The notes beneath the pieces are model-generated. The model did not search any database and was not told the DNA's origin. It saw only the letters and a program-made list of their open reading frames with translations. 64,000 nucleotides of DNA, from the NCBI RefSeq assembly GCF_001194135.2, contig NC_068986.1:59978529-60042528 (forward strand), written 5' to 3'. This stretch comes from Octopus bimaculoides (lineage: Eukaryota). The position numbers and the translations under genes were made by a program. Shown in pieces: positions 1-13,530 of the stretch (its first letter is position 1; every line of letters begins with the position of its first letter).

Positions 1-367
1 TTGTGCGGGTGGCACATAAGATGTACCATCTTGAGCGTGACCGTTGCCAGTACCGCCTGACTGGACTTTGTAGGGTTTTCAAGCGAGATCGTTGCCAGTG
101 CCCCTGGACTGGCTCTTGTACGGGTGGCACATAAAAGACACCATTTCGAGCGTGGCCGTTTTCGTGCGGGTGACACGTAAAAGCACCCACTACACTCTCT
201 GAGTGGTTGGCGTTAGGAAGGGCATCCAGCTGTAGAAACTCTGCCAAATTAGATTGGAGCCTGGTGTTGCCATCCGGTTTCACCAGTCCTCAGTCAAATC
301 GTCCAACCCATGCTAGCATGGAAAGCGGACGTTAAACGATGATGATGATGATGATAATGATGATGAT
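1..367 (+). mobile_element. RTE-type LINE 3' UTR and (GAT)n tail (5' part outside window)
   Basis: The 3' module ...GTTAGGAAGGGCATCCAGCTGTAGAAACTCTGCC...CCATGCTAGCATGGAAAGCGGACGTTAAAC(GAT)n is the same one that follows RT-coding sequence at 13380-13530 and 22000-22147. Confidence 0.8.
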
Positions 368-812
368 AGGTGAGATGTAAATTTACTCTTTCATATTGTA
401 AAATCAAAATAATGGGTTAATTAGGTTAAGCTTCATCTGTGAAATACAGTTGCTTTGAATTTGCAGTAGTGTGTAATGTGGGGTGCTAGGAACGTGACCT
501 GGGTGCCAAGGGGGCGGCAGTCTGAAAAAGTTTGGGAACTACTCCTATACACTATTTAAGAATGCCAGCTGTCTGACCAATAAATCTTTGAATCAATGAA
601 GCATTGCAGACAGATAATCATCAGAGTACATTAATTACACACACATACATCCTCTCTCTAGTTTATCTTTTGTTACTGTAAAAGATCACAGACTCCACAA
701 TCGCTTAAAGCTATTCCTTAAAACTGCATCTATATTGGAGAAAATAAATGGTACCCATAAAAATTTTTTTAACATGACCTGCATAGAACTAAGTGGAAAA
801 ATGAATGAACAA

Positions 813-1024
813 AGACGGCGAGCTGGCAGAAACGTGAGCATGCCGGGTGAAATGCTTTGCGGTATTTCATCTGCTGCTATGTTCTGAGTTCAAATTCCGC
901 CGAGGTCGACTTTGCTTTTCATCCTTTCGGGGTCGATAAATTAAGTACTGGGGTCAATGTAGTCGACTTAATCCCTTGTTTGTCCCCTCTATGTTTAGCC
1001 CCTTGTGGGCAGTAAAGAAATAAG
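813..1024 (+). mobile_element. tRNA-derived SINE with 13-bp target-site duplication
   Basis: A-box-like TGGCAGAAACG and B-box-like GTTCAAATTCC; flanked by the direct repeat AATGAATGAACAA at 800-812 and 1025-1037. Confidence 0.8.
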
Positions 1025-1639
1025 AATGAATGAACAATTTCTATAAAAAATTAATAAAGAATGAGAAGCGTTTGGAAAAAAAAGGTCTTGCAGAAGAGAT
1101 CTATGGATAAAATGCTTTTTTTTTTTTTTCACTTGGTCTAAGCTGAAATATTATTCAAGTAATCTTTATGAGATAAATTCAATATTTCTGTTTTTAACCT
1201 TACAACAAGGTTATGTTGTTAAGCTAATAATAGTTGACAAATGAATATTACTTTCCACTTTATGAAATGTGAACTATAATTTTCGTTTATAATTACTACA
1301 CACATTTCCCTCTTTTAGGACTTTTCAAGTACTCGGTGTTTTTATACAACTTTTAATAAAATCTAATTACTATAGCAACAATGGTCAGTGTTGATGAGTG
1401 TGAGTTTATATTAAGGTTGTTGTTTAACTAGAATACCTTTGATCATGGTTGCTCAGATCATCTTAATTATTACATGAAACAATAGATCTGGATCATACCA
1501 AGACATTAGATTAATAATCTATGGCTTATGTGTATGTAAGCAAGCCCTATACATGTGTGTGTGTGTGAGAGAGAGCATTCCATACATATATATGCTTGTG
1601 TCTGTGCATGTATGTGTGCACACACACACACACACACAC

Positions 1640-1677
<38 letters not shown>

Positions 1678-1984
1678 NNNNNNNNNNNNNNNNNNNNNNN
1701 NNNNNNNNNNNNNNNNNNNNNNNNNNNNNNNTATATATTAATATATAAATAGGAAATAGTGGCACAACAAGGTACCAATTTTGCTGGAAATGGCAGTCAT
1801 AACTGTTAGACACTAGGTAAAGCTTCACTGAATGTATAGAGGCAAAGATGTGTGCAGGCAGTGAACATTGATGAAAAAGGAAAATAAAGTGTAAGAACTA
1901 AAATTGAACAGTCAGAATTTTATTTACCAGTTTAAGATTTGTTCAGTTATATTGTATTGATTTCTCAGATTGGTAAAATATCAA

Positions 1985-2586
1985 CTTCCAGCTGTCCTTT
2001 CAGTTCACAATATGCATTCACTTGTGACTGCTTTTGATCTTCCGTGAACAAGAGAGACACACATTTTGCTGCAACTCATTTCATTCGCAATTCCTCATTC
2101 AAAATTCACTGGCAGCAGCTCCAGGACACACCAGTCATATCAACAAGTTCGTCAAATTGTTTGGCGACGGTCCTTCAAGAGATCAGTTTATGAATTTTCA
2201 TGACGTTTTCATTTGTTTCGGAGGTCAACAGTCACTCCAAACAAAATTGGTCCTCAAGCAACAAGTGACCATTCCTGAAGCATGCAAACCACTCATAAAC
2301 TTGTGTTCTACTCATGGCAGTGCCCTTGTAAGCTGTTTGAAGCATGACAACTGTTTTGGCTGCCATTTTCCCCAGTAGAAAACAGAATTCCATGGAAGCA
2401 TGCTGTTCCTTTGTTTCAGCCATCACAAAAATCGATGCACCACATGGCAGAATGACTACACTCAATGATGCTGGTCAGCAGACTGATTCCTGAAGGTCAC
2501 ATCAAGTGGCATCTAGCAATGGAAGCCTGAACTATAATTGGCTTGTCCCACAAAGAATGTTTCTGATTTTTTGGGGTACTTCCTCG
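1985..2586 (-). mobile_element. mariner-family transposon relic (N-terminal HTH of transposase; truncated)
   Basis: ORF 2232-2465 (EQHASMEFCFLLGKMAAKTVVMLQTAYKGTAMSRTQVYEWFACFRNG) matches the mariner HTH pattern. The end reads TA-CGAGG on the minus strand at 2581-2588. Left boundary is approximate. Confidence 0.75.
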
Positions 2587-3819
2587 TAGATGCAAGACTA
2601 TAATGTGATGTTCTGATTATGACAAGTAAACTTGCTTCTTGTTTCTACAATACAGCTAAGGGATGATACCTCAGGGTAATATTCTATATACTAAATAGAA
2701 ATACAATAGGGTCTCAAAAATTTGATAATATAGTGAAATGAAAAACTTCAATCAAGTGAGATTATCAAAGTGATTTGTAAACAAAAACACTCTCTCTAAA
2801 TCTTATAAATAACAAGCAAAGAAGATAATATGAATAAAATCAGTTGACCAAAATTTTTAACAAGATAACAATGCAAATTGGAATGGATCAGTCCAATTCC
2901 TAGTTGAAACAACTTTAGTTAATTGCACAAGAACTTTTGAAAACAGCAATGAATGCTTATTTATTCTTTAAAATTAATGCCTGGTCCTTTAAACAATTTT
3001 TTACCTTTATACTAACACACACACACACACACACACACATACATGCCTGCATGTAAACACATACATACATACAAACACACAAATACTCTTAAAATGTCTG
3101 AGACATTAATTGGCATGACTGAAGAATGTAACGACATGAAATTCTGTTCTATGTATTAAAAATGAATATTTTAATACTGAAGAGCAGTGACTTAGCTGAA
3201 ATAATTCAGTGCTATACTAAACATATATATANNNNNNNNNNNNNNNNNNNNNNNNNNNNNNNNNNNNNNNNNNNNNNNNNNNNNNNNNNNNNNNNNNNNN
3301 NNNNNNNNNNNNNNNNNNNNNNNNNNNNNNNNNNNNNNNNNNNNNNNNNNNNNNNNNNNNNNNNNNNNNNNNNNNNNNNNNNNNNNNNNNNNNNNNNNNN
3401 NNNNNNNNNNNNNNNNNNNNNNNNNNNNNNNNNNNNNNNNNNNNNNNNNNNNNATATATATATATATACACACACACACATACATACATACATACATACA
3501 TACACAGACAGACAGATAGATAGATAGAACATTCCTTCTTCAATTCATGAAGAAGACATTGAGGAGCCATTGTGACATATTTGTGTATCTTTAGCATTTT
3601 ACACTTTGCAGAATCCATCTTGCTCCAGATCTGAACACAGATAACTGTGGAAGAGGGGAGAAGAAAGAGAGGGAAGGGGAGAAGAAAAATTGACCTAGTA
3701 AGGGTTAGAAACTTTCTTGGAACTGATAGGTAAAGTTGATTTGTATGGGATTTGAATTCAGAGTACATATGTGTTCTCATATAAACACACTGCAAGGTGT
3801 GTTTGTATTTGATGCTATA

Positions 3820-3927
3820 ACAAGACTGCCAAAGTAATGCCAATATACTGAACATTAAGTTAGTACGAACATACAAGACTGCCAAAGTGATGCCAATATA
3901 CTGAACATTAAGTTAGTGTTAACATAC
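3820..3927. repeat. 53-bp tandem duplication (2 copies)
   Basis: ACAAGACTGCCAAAGT(A/G)ATGCCAATATACTGAACATTAAGTTAGT starts at 3820 and again at 3873. Confidence 0.85.
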
Positions 3928-3972
3928 TTAATACAGGAAGCATCAGAAAAAACTGTCTAAAGCAAAAGAAAT

Positions 3973-4355
3973 ATTATTATTGTTGTTGGCATCCTTTTGT
4001 CTCAGGAGACAATGGAGTTGTGCATAAACTAATCCAGTCTGGTTTTTACATTTCATGTCCCCTCCAGTTTCCTCTCCAGTTTTGCACAAGCTTGGGCTAG
4101 ATGTAAGAAAATCCTGGGTAGCCCAATCTTCAGGATTCCTCTCTCGACCTTGCTGATATAGTCCAAAGGAGTGCAGAGCATTACGTTTGGCACCAGCTTG
4201 GTTGCAGGAGCTGCTGGAAGAGTGTCAAGTCAAACACTAAACCACATACAAGGCTCCACTCCGGATTTCTTTGAAGGTTGTCTCCTTTCCGTAATCCTGG
4301 ATAGGGGCCCATAGCGGGTACTGTCAGGCGGAGCCAGCTGAGCCCGGGACTCATG
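3973..4355 (-). mobile_element. Probable retroposon 3' end running into a gap
   Basis: GC-richer block that ends, on the minus strand, in an (AAC/AAT)n tail at about 3973-3987. Family not identified. Confidence 0.35.
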
Positions 4356-5593
4356 NNNNNNNNNNNNNNNNNNNNNNNNNNNNNNNNNNNNNNNNNNNNN
4401 NNNNNNNNNNNNNNNNNNNNNNNNNNNNNNNNNNNNNNNNNNNNNNNNNNNNNNNNNNNNNNNNNNNNNNNNNNNNNNNNNNNNNNNNNNNNNNNNNNNN
4501 NNNNNNNNNNNNNNNNNNNNNNNNNNNNNNNNNNNNNNNNNNNNNNNNNNNNNNNNNNNNNNNNNNNNNNNNNNNNNNNNNNNNNNNNNNNNNNNNNNNN
4601 NNNNNNNNNNNNNNNNNNNNNNNNNNNNNNNNNNNNNNNNNNNNNNNNNNNNNNNNNNNNNNNNNNNNNNNNNNNNNNNNNNNNNNNNNNNNNNNNNNNN
4701 NNNNNNNNNNNNNNNNNNNNNNNNNNNNNNNNNNNNNNNNNNNNNNNNNNNNNNNNNNNNNNNNNNNNNNNNNNNNNNNNNNNNNNNNNNNNNNNNNNNN
4801 NNNNNNNNNNNNNNNNNNNNNNNNNNNNNNNNNNNNNNNNNNNNNNNNNNNNNNNNNNNNNNNNNNNNNNNNNNNNNNNNNNNNNNNNNNNNNNNNNNNN
4901 NNNNNNNNNNNNNNNNNNNNNNNNNNNNNNNNNNNNNNNNNNNNNNNNNNNNNNNNNNNNNNNNNNNNNNNNNNNNNNNNNNNNNNNNNNNNNNNNNNNN
5001 NNNNNNNNNNNNNNNNNNNNNNNNNNNNNNNNNNNNNNNNNNNNNNNNNNNNNNNNNNNNNNNNNNNNNNNNNNNNNNNNNNNNNNNNNNNNNNNNNNNN
5101 NNNNNNNNNNNNNNNNNNNNNNNNNNNNNNNNNNNNNNNNNNNNNNNNNNNNNNNNNNNNNNNNNNNNNNNNTGTGTGTGTACACGTGCATATACACACA
5201 CAAAAAATAAAAATATTTTGAGCACTGTGTAAAGAATCATACTACATGATCTGAATGTCAAACAAATTAATGAGATATAAAGAAAAAAGAAAGAAAAACC
5301 ATAAAAAAGAAGAAAAAAGAACAAATATTTGCAGAGAAACAAAGAATTTGACTTGGGAAATACTTTAAAGCTATTACATTACCATAGTTAGCATACTTTC
5401 CAGTGCCTAAAGGATAGAAACAAAACATAGATCTTTCACCATTTCCTAACATAGCTATCAGTGAAAATCTGAGACTAAAATCTAACAATTATTCCAGTCA
5501 TAAGCATTTATAAAAGCTAGTATATCAATTTTATATATATCATATACAGTGTTATATGTAAATATTCATACACATGCATAATATATATATGTA

Positions 5594-6607
5594 CAGGGTG
5601 CGGTGAATAAATTATCGTCTAAATTATGCAAAAATGAAAATAACACTGACATCTCATTTTAACAGATATATTTACCAAAATTACATAAAAATGTATTGAA
5701 ATACCAAAGAGTAAATTTATTCAATAAAATCACCATTGGCTTCAACCACAGCCTCCAGACGACTTGATCATCCTCTTGACTCAGGGCAGCATTACTGCCT
5801 CCAGGCATTTGATGTAGGTCTCCATGTTGAGTTTGAGGTCGTGTGGGAAGATGAATGGAAGCATAACATTGCCATTACTAGTGATCACTCCAAACACCAT
5901 GATGTTGACTGGATATTTGATTTTTATCACTCTCGGTACATGTTTTGGGGACATGGCAAGCCAACAGTTGTTCTGTGTGTTTACCATCTGATCCTGGCAG
6001 AAATTTTTCTCATCAGAGGAAAACCAAACCGTGTTCAGTTGGAAGGGATGCTTGAGTTAGTTCAAAAGCTTCATAGCATGGTCTTTCCTCTTGTCCTTGA
6101 TGGCTTGGGATAAAAATTGGCTCTTTTTCATCTTATATGAGGAATACGGAATGCTTTCATGCACCACCTGCCTGATAAGAAACTCAGACATTCCCATGTT
6201 ACTGGCAATGGAGCTGATTGACTTGGAAGGATCGTTATCAGTCATGGTCTGGATCTTACCAATAAATTCGGGAGTTCTTTTCCTATCAGAATGATCAGAG
6301 TGAGTTTTCTGAGCCTCTGTACCTTCATAATCACCATTAGAGTCATCCAACTCTTTCCAAATCCTCTGCACTGTCCTTAGATTGACACCTAAATACTCTG
6401 AAATATTCATATTGGAGGATGTGGCACAAATGCCAAACAGTACAGCATGTCATTTCCAAATTTCTGGCAAGTGAATTGTGTCATGGTGCTGTTTTTCTCA
6501 TAGACGGTGTCCAACTCACCCTACTATACTGTGTGGTCAACAAAATCAAAAACAAACAATGCGCATGCATGAAATAAAAAATATAAAATAGCGACAATTG
6601 CACCCTA
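5594..6607 (-). mobile_element. maT/DD37D-type Tc1/mariner transposon, internally deleted and frameshifted
   Basis: TA-flanked imperfect TIRs (CAGGGTGC at 5594; GCACCCT at about 6600-6606). Transposase fragments on the minus strand: MNISEYLGVNLRTVQRIWKEL...; VMVFGVITSNG-like VNIMVFGVITSNGNVMLPFIFP. Confidence 0.85.
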
Positions 6608-6667
6608 TATGTGTGTGTGTGCATATGTATATATANNNNNNNNNNNNNNNNNNNNNNNNNNNNNNNN

Positions 6668-6960
6668 NACTAGCTGGTGTACCCGGTAATTCCTGGGGGT
6701 AAAGATGTTCTATTGAAACGCCTTATTCCTCTGATATAAGAAAGCTATTTCGGTATAACTGCCACAAAAGGTGTATTTTCCGTCGCGAAAAGGTACAAAA
6801 AACTGTCAGCAGGAGGAGGGAGAGATTGTTGGAGGTTGGCGAAAGAGATTTTCTGAGGTTGGTGAGAAAGTATTCTGACACATCGTGGCATTTTAAAGAT
6901 GAACTTTACGAAGGCTAATTTATTAAAGGTAATATATAAATGTAGTATATATGTATATAA
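6668..6960 (+). mobile_element. Possible Helentron/HINE-like non-autonomous element
   Basis: Starts ACTAGCTGGTGTACCCGG, resembling Helentron sub-terminal motifs; a similar start TACTAGCAGAAATACCTGGC occurs near 18755. The 5' side abuts a gap. Confidence 0.3.
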
Positions 6961-7356
6961 ATATATGAATGAAGTGTTCAATGTTTAAGAATGAAATGAA
7001 GAAAGTGCAATAATAACGTTCACACTCACTGATGGTCACTCTCAGTAACTGCCTTTGGTTGCATATATATGTGCACATATAGGCGTGTGTGCGGGTGTGC
7101 ATGTATATGTTTCACGTGAGTGTGAGTGAGCATATACATATAGGCACATGTTAATGGGTGTGCGTGCGCACATGTGTATGTATGTACATGCATGCATATG
7201 CAAATTCTCTGAGCATCTTTTACTTTCTCCCCTTCGGGTTTTTCCCCGTTATTTAAACAGTCATTCTAATAGCTCTTTTATTTGTCTTAATAACGGTCAT
7301 TTACATAGTAATTTCCCTTTGTTTAACAGTCATTTTCATACCATTTTTGTTTGTCT

Positions 7357-7419
7357 TAATAACTGATGAGATACCAGAGCAGATTCCCGCCTCAACATCC
7401 AAAACTCAGAGTTTTATTA
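7357..7419 (+). ncRNA. Degenerate type I hammerhead ribozyme motif (PLE pLTR-like context)
   Basis: Stem I UAAUAA/UUAUUA, CUGAUGA at 7363-7369, stem III ACU/AGU with a CAG loop and GUU site. GAAA is mutated to AAAA and stem II is weak. Confidence 0.45.
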
Positions 7420-7775
7420 TGGCAACCGAATAATTGTCACATTATATTACAGATAAATTCCTCTATTTACATAATATCGAGGTCTCATTCATTCTTTCTT
7501 GTTGTGAGTAGCCATAAAATTAGGTAAAACTCAAGGATTTATGGTTTCACATAGACCATACCTTCTCCCTCTAACTGAAAACCACACTGTGCATTCTAAC
7601 ACGCAGTGGTTAGTATGGAGTATAGTGTTATATTCTGGATGTGTTGTATTCTCTCAACAGTCCAGTATAGTTAAAATATTGAATAAATTAGTCCTGAAGA
7701 AGATGGGATCATCGTTTGATTGCTGATGGAACAATGAAAATTTGGCACAGGTGATATATTTTGATATATTTTCAC

Positions 7776-7878
7776 CTGTACTCAATTTTTGTCAGAGAAG
7801 CAAACTTCTCCAAGTTCATTGATTGTAGATGACATGATATCTGGCTTACTGAGGATAAAGAACCATTTGAAGAAGCAA
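7776..7878 (-). CDS. Candidate internal exon (VASSNGSLSSVSQISCHLQSMNLEKFASLTKIEYR), unassigned
   Basis: Acceptor atcatttccatttttcag, donor CAG|GTGAAA, open frame phase 1 to 2. No recognisable homology. Confidence 0.25.
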
Positions 7879-8811
7879 CTGAAAAATGGAAATGATATTT
7901 TAAATGTGAATAATAGTAGCACTTATGCTGAATGGTTTTCAAAGAATTTTAATGAATAGATATATGAATGGTTCCTCATCAATAAAAATAAAACAGACTT
8001 TCACAGAAAATTACACTAAGCTGGACTGAATTTGCAAACATTTTAGCTAAAATTTGTGAACTTAGTAATATAAGAAATTATTGAACTTTTTAGTAGCCCT
8101 GATTGTCAAAATATATTTGCACATAACTAGCTTAAGTAAAAATCAGTCTAAATTTAAAACATATGGCTGTAGTACTGGACAATTTGAAAGAAGTAGCAGA
8201 ATTAATTTAGCCTTGGGTATAATGTTACATTGAAACTCATAACCACAAACATACTTCAACATGTTATAATTGTCAGAAGAATTTTCTTCTTTCCATGTAC
8301 CCTATCTATCCCCACTATCAGACTATAATCTTCTTTTTATATTCCATTCCATAGCGCTATACCTCTTTACAATCTGCCTATAAGACCTTTCTAAAAATAA
8401 ACAGACTCATGCTATAGCTTAAAGTGAAGGTTTACTTACTTCTAGTATAAAGGATTTAATTTTCTGCATTTCCAAACTCTTACTGTTAACTATTTTTCCT
8501 AATATTTCAGAAACCTTATGCTGAATATCCAACTATTTCCTTTGTAGAAAGACCTGTTCCACTGTTGCAATTATACTTCAATTAGAAGTCAATAATTTAA
8601 ATTGGATCAATATCAAATACAGTTCAATAGATGACAAAATATTTAACTTCGAATCAAAGTAAATTCAATTTTAAGTTGAAAGCTAATTTGTAAATATGTT
8701 GTTTGGTCCCAGCTCAGTACTATGATTAAGGACCTATGATCAAGAATGTTCTAGTTGTGATTACCCTGTTGTTTTTCATATAACTGAAACTTCATTATCA
8801 AATATATACTG

Positions 8812-8973
8812 CAGGCATAAGCATAGCTGTGCGGTAAAGTTTGCTCCCAACCACATGGTTCTGGGTTCAGTCCCACTATGTGGCACCTTGAGCAAGTGAT
8901 TTCTACTCTAACTCTGGACCAATCAAAGCTTTGTGAGTGAATTTGGTAGATGGAAACTGAAAGAGGCCTGTTT

Positions 8974-9006
<33 letters not shown>

Positions 9007-9190
9007 AAGCGAGAGAGAGTGTATGTTACTGTCTCGTTTACCTTTACATCATGTGATAATTGTAAATGAGAGTTGCTATCATGCAAGCAATGTCCTTTAT
9101 TTCTAATATTACATGAAAATATGTCTGGTCATGGGGAAATATTACCATGCTTCGAGACAGGTGAGGGTTGGTAACAGAAAGGGCATTTGG
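8812..9190 (+). mobile_element. tRNA-derived SINE with internal (GT)n
   Basis: Head GCTGTGCGGTAAAG...GGTTCAGTCCC followed by GGCACCTTGAGCAAGTG, shared with copies at 28520-28690, 44590-44680 and 57600-57755. Confidence 0.7.
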
Positions 9191-11362
9191 CTGTAGAAAA
9201 TATTTAATTCTTTAAGAAATATCCAGCAGACTGAGTAACACATAGAAGCCTGCTTGCTGGTTTGCTCTAAAGTGTCTTTTATTGACAGGTGACTGAAATT
9301 ATATAAAATACATTATGAATGAATAACGTAAGAAGCTGAAGTCATTATTCAGGAAGTAGAATGGTTTCATTCTCAGGAGAAGGATGAAGCCTTAAAAAGT
9401 ATTTCCAAATCTAGTAACCTACACCAAATGGAAAGATGGTGTGATGCATGAGATGTTTTCCTGCTAACAAATAATACAAGACATCTGCAGAAGATTCAGA
9501 CTTATAATCCACAAGCCATACTTACTTAATCTGCTATAAATAGCAGACAAATTTTCCTAAAATAGAACTTTATTGCATTGAATAATAAGATAATAGGATA
9601 TTATGATTGAAAAGGAAAGATGTCATAGTCATAGAATGTTTTTGATGATATAGCTGCTCAATCAAAGCTAAACAACAACTCAAGATTAATGACCTGGCAA
9701 TCCACTTAGTTATTCAATCATTTTGCATTGGAATGAAAATAAACAATCCCATTTTATGTTGAGTGTTATTGCTTAGCTCTAAGATTGTGGACTGCAGACT
9801 CTTTAAACATCAAAATGTTACATGATATTTGTTCTAACTTTCTATATCCTAAGTTCAAATCCCACCAAAGTCACCTTTACTTTTAATCCTTTAGGGATCA
9901 ATAAAACAAGTAGCAACCCAGAGTAGTAGACTGGTGGAAGTATTAGAGGGTTGGGTGAAATACCTTGCAGTATCTGTTCCAGCTCTTTGTTTGCTGACAA
10001 CAATGGTTGCTATGACACTGGTACAATACTATATTAGCTCACAACAAAGTAATATAAGTGGTGTGGAGAGGGTAGACTTGTGTGCATGGGCAACTGTTAG
10101 TCTTTCTCACACTTATGCACATACACACACACTCACTCTCTCTCAAAAACATGGTCTCTATCTAAAAATGACAACAGAAAAGAAGTTCTTGTTGAGTCCC
10201 AGGACAACCAGCTCTGACTGAGCAGACTAATGATCAAAGGTATTGTAGTGGGGATTTGAATCCTAACTACGAGATACCCAGTTAGGCATCACAAGTGAGC
10301 CACCACAGTTTTATGTGATTAATCTATAAATTGACCAATCAGCATGAAGCTGTGACATGATATGGCTTTCTTGAATGTTGTCAAATTTACTCATTGTCAC
10401 CTTATAAAAACAGGAGCTTAATTCAGAGCCCAGCTCCATAGAAAGGGGACAATCAGTTTGACCACACTTTTTGCTCAATCATTTTCATGTCAAGATAAAT
10501 TTTTCCATGGAAAATTAGATATCAATTGAAAGTTCTGGATGTGAGATGTCTTCTCATATAATTTAAATCAAAATTTGACATTTACATATCATGCCAGGGT
10601 CCCTCAATCACCCGAGTGTTTCTACACATTCACAAAGCTTGTCCCATTTTTTATTTATTTATTTATTGACTGCTGAATGGTAGCACTTGTTCTAGTTTAA
10701 TGCACTGGAGCACTATTACTCAATTTGTCATGAAAAAGACTTATTTGCTCATTTTGACTTAAAAATCATGAGGGTAGGTCAGATAATCATTATGAGATAT
10801 AAGAAGTGAAAATTTTATTATTAATTTTCACTAAGAAAAGAATATAGTTTCTTCATGATTTTTATACCATAAGAAAGAAAAATTTCTCACAAATCCAATA
10901 TTGTCACTTCTAAATCTAGCCATGATATGGTGAAAAATTGCAAAGTCAATAATGAAGATTGTACTACCATAGCTGCTCATATAGGATTAAAGCATACTGA
11001 TGCTATTTGTCAACCTGACGTATTCCCACATGAAGAGAGGTCAAACAGAATATGACTCCAAGGCTTCAAATATTGATTTTGAGCTAGAATTTCAAGAAAT
11101 GGATGAATTAATTGGTAAGTAAACATATGGAAAAATGCACTAAATTGAGCAACATAAGTTTTTTACAGCCAGCATGGAATCATCACATTGAGAATGTTGT
11201 TTATTCCCTTTCACTGTGTTAATATTTGGTAAGTGATGTCCAAATTCTACCAAGCAGGTTTTTTGTACATGTGAATTTTTTCTCTGAGAAATATTGGTAA
11301 AATTTTGTTAATAAAAATTATATTGTGTAATGAATATTATTTTGTAGACTATTAAAGTCCAA

Positions 11363-11461
11363 TATGATTTTTTTTTTTCTGATTTGAATACAGTTGGATA
11401 ATTTGTGGTAGTGTTTACATTTTCACAAGTGCTGATTCATCTTGTTTATTTTTCCTCTCTT

Positions 11462-11496
<35 letters not shown>

Positions 11497-11715
11497 TTCT
11501 CCCTCTCTCTCTCACTCTTTCTCCCTCTCTCTCTTTCCTACTAATGATGTTTTTAACATTAAAGCAAGGAATTAGTCTTCACATTCTGTCTGTTTTTTAA
11601 TCTAAGTCAACATACAATTCTGAGAAAGGTAGCAGGTGGTGGTGGGATGTTCTAGAAACAACAGCTAAATCTCTGTTACATCACACATACCTTTTCATCT
11701 GAAACTATTTTCAAA
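11363..11715 (+). repeat. Dispersed direct repeat, copy 1 (copy 2 at 14279-14555)
   Basis: TACAGT(T/C)GGATAATTTGT(G/A)GTAGTGTTTACATTTTCACAAGT...CTAAGTCAACAT...GAAACA(A/G)CAGCTAAATCTCT is shared by both copies. Confidence 0.8.
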
Positions 11716-12521
11716 ATTTTAAGGTTTTTTTTTAACTGGAAATGCTTTTCCCATCGTTTTTAAGTATGTAGTGCAAAACCAAATTATCCAAAATTGGTTC
11801 AGAGGATGGTAGTAAAGGAGAGGGGTTAAAGGAACGGGGTCAAAAAAATCATAAATTTTCCAAAAACATTCTTCATAAACAGCTTCCCCCCATCATTTCC
11901 AAGGTTGTGGTGGAAAAAAAATTGAAAAAAACTCAGTCAAAATAGAGAAAATTCAACTTAATTCAGTGCTCTGATCTGAAACTCCACCAGTTATAGCCAT
12001 TCTTAATTATCCATTAAAATTTTATTGAAATTATATCATGTTCCAAACTTTCAGGATTTATTTAGTTCTATACCTACAACAAATGTGCCAAAACTCAAGT
12101 CCTTGTGCCTTGTACTTTTGGATTTAGCAAGGTCTCAAAAAACATTGAAATCAACTGTTTTTTACATGCATATTTTACATATTTTTTAAAAAATTGCCAA
12201 AAAGAGTGTTTTATTTTCAAGAATCAGGAAAAGAATAATAAGCAACTGCTATACTGTGGACATTATTAATTTGTGTAATATGAAGATGATTATCACTTCA
12301 ACTTGAAAAATATGACATCACAAATATGGCTAATTATTCATTTAGGCCAATTAGGTAAGATTTTGATCAATTTGCTGACCATTCAAATTGTTATATATCC
12401 TAAAATATTCAACCAAATTTCACAAAAGAAGTATCAAAATGTTTCTTTTTGGGTGCTCTCCAACAAAAAGAACTATAGTATAAATTAGATTTAGATATTT
12501 TCAAAAATTCATAGTGATAAA

Positions 12522-13530
12522 TGCCAGGGGGAAAAACTAGAAGTAGTTGATGGCTTCTGTTACCTAGGTGACCAAGTCAGTAGTGGGGTGGATGCTCTGA
12601 GAGCATAGCTGCTAGAATAAGAATAGCTTGGGCAAAGTTCAGAGAGCTCCTACCTCTGCTGGTAACAAAGGGCCTCTCACTCAGAGTGATAGGTAGACTA
12701 TATGATGCATATGTGCGAACAGCCATGCTACACGGCAGTGAAACATGGGCTGTGACTGCTGATGACATGCATAGGCTTGAAAGAAATGAAGCTAGTATGC
12801 TTCACTGGATGTGTAATGTCAGTGTGCATACACAACAGAGTGTAACAGCCCTGAGAGAAAAGTTGCACGTAAGAAGCATCAGATGTGGTGTGCAAGAAAG
12901 ACGACTGCGCTGGTATGGTCATGTGTTGCATATGGATGAGGACAGCTGTGTGAAGAAGTGTCACTCCCTAACGGTAGAAGGAAGCCGTGGAAGTGGGAGA
13001 CATAGGAAGACACGGGATAAGGTAGTGAAGCATGACCTTTGAATGTTGGGTCTCACAAAGGCAATGACAAGAGACTGAGACCTTTGGAGATATGCTGTGC
13101 TTGAGAAGACCCAGCAAGCCTAGTGAGTTTGTAGCTGTGGCTGATGCCAGTGTCACATAATGGGTTCATTTAAAAGTACCCTTCAATCGGTGGCAATATA
13201 CTGTGCTTGAGAAGATCTGTTGAATCCAGTGAAACTGTAGTTGTGGCCGATGCCAGTGCTGCCTGACTAGCACCTGTTCCGGTGACACATAAAAAGCACC
13301 ATTCAAGCATGGTTGATGCCAGTGCTGCCTGACTGGTCTCCGTGCCAGTGGCACATATAAAGTACCCACTACACTCTCAGAATGGTTGGCATTAGGAAGG
13401 GCATCTAGCTGTAGAAACCTTGCCAGAACAGATTGGAGCCTGGCGCAGCCTCCTGGCTTGCCAGCCCTCAATCAAACCGTCCAACCCATACCAGCATGGA
13501 AAGCGGACGTTAAATGATGATGATGATGAT
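12522..13530 (+). mobile_element. 5'-truncated RTE LINE (RT thumb/C-terminus, 3' UTR, (GAT)n tail)
   Basis: ORF 12686-13042 (GRLYDAYVRTAMLHGSETWA...RRLRWYGHVLHMDEDSCVKK...GSRGSGRHRKT) is a typical RTE C-terminus; tail at 13515-13530. Confidence 0.85.
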
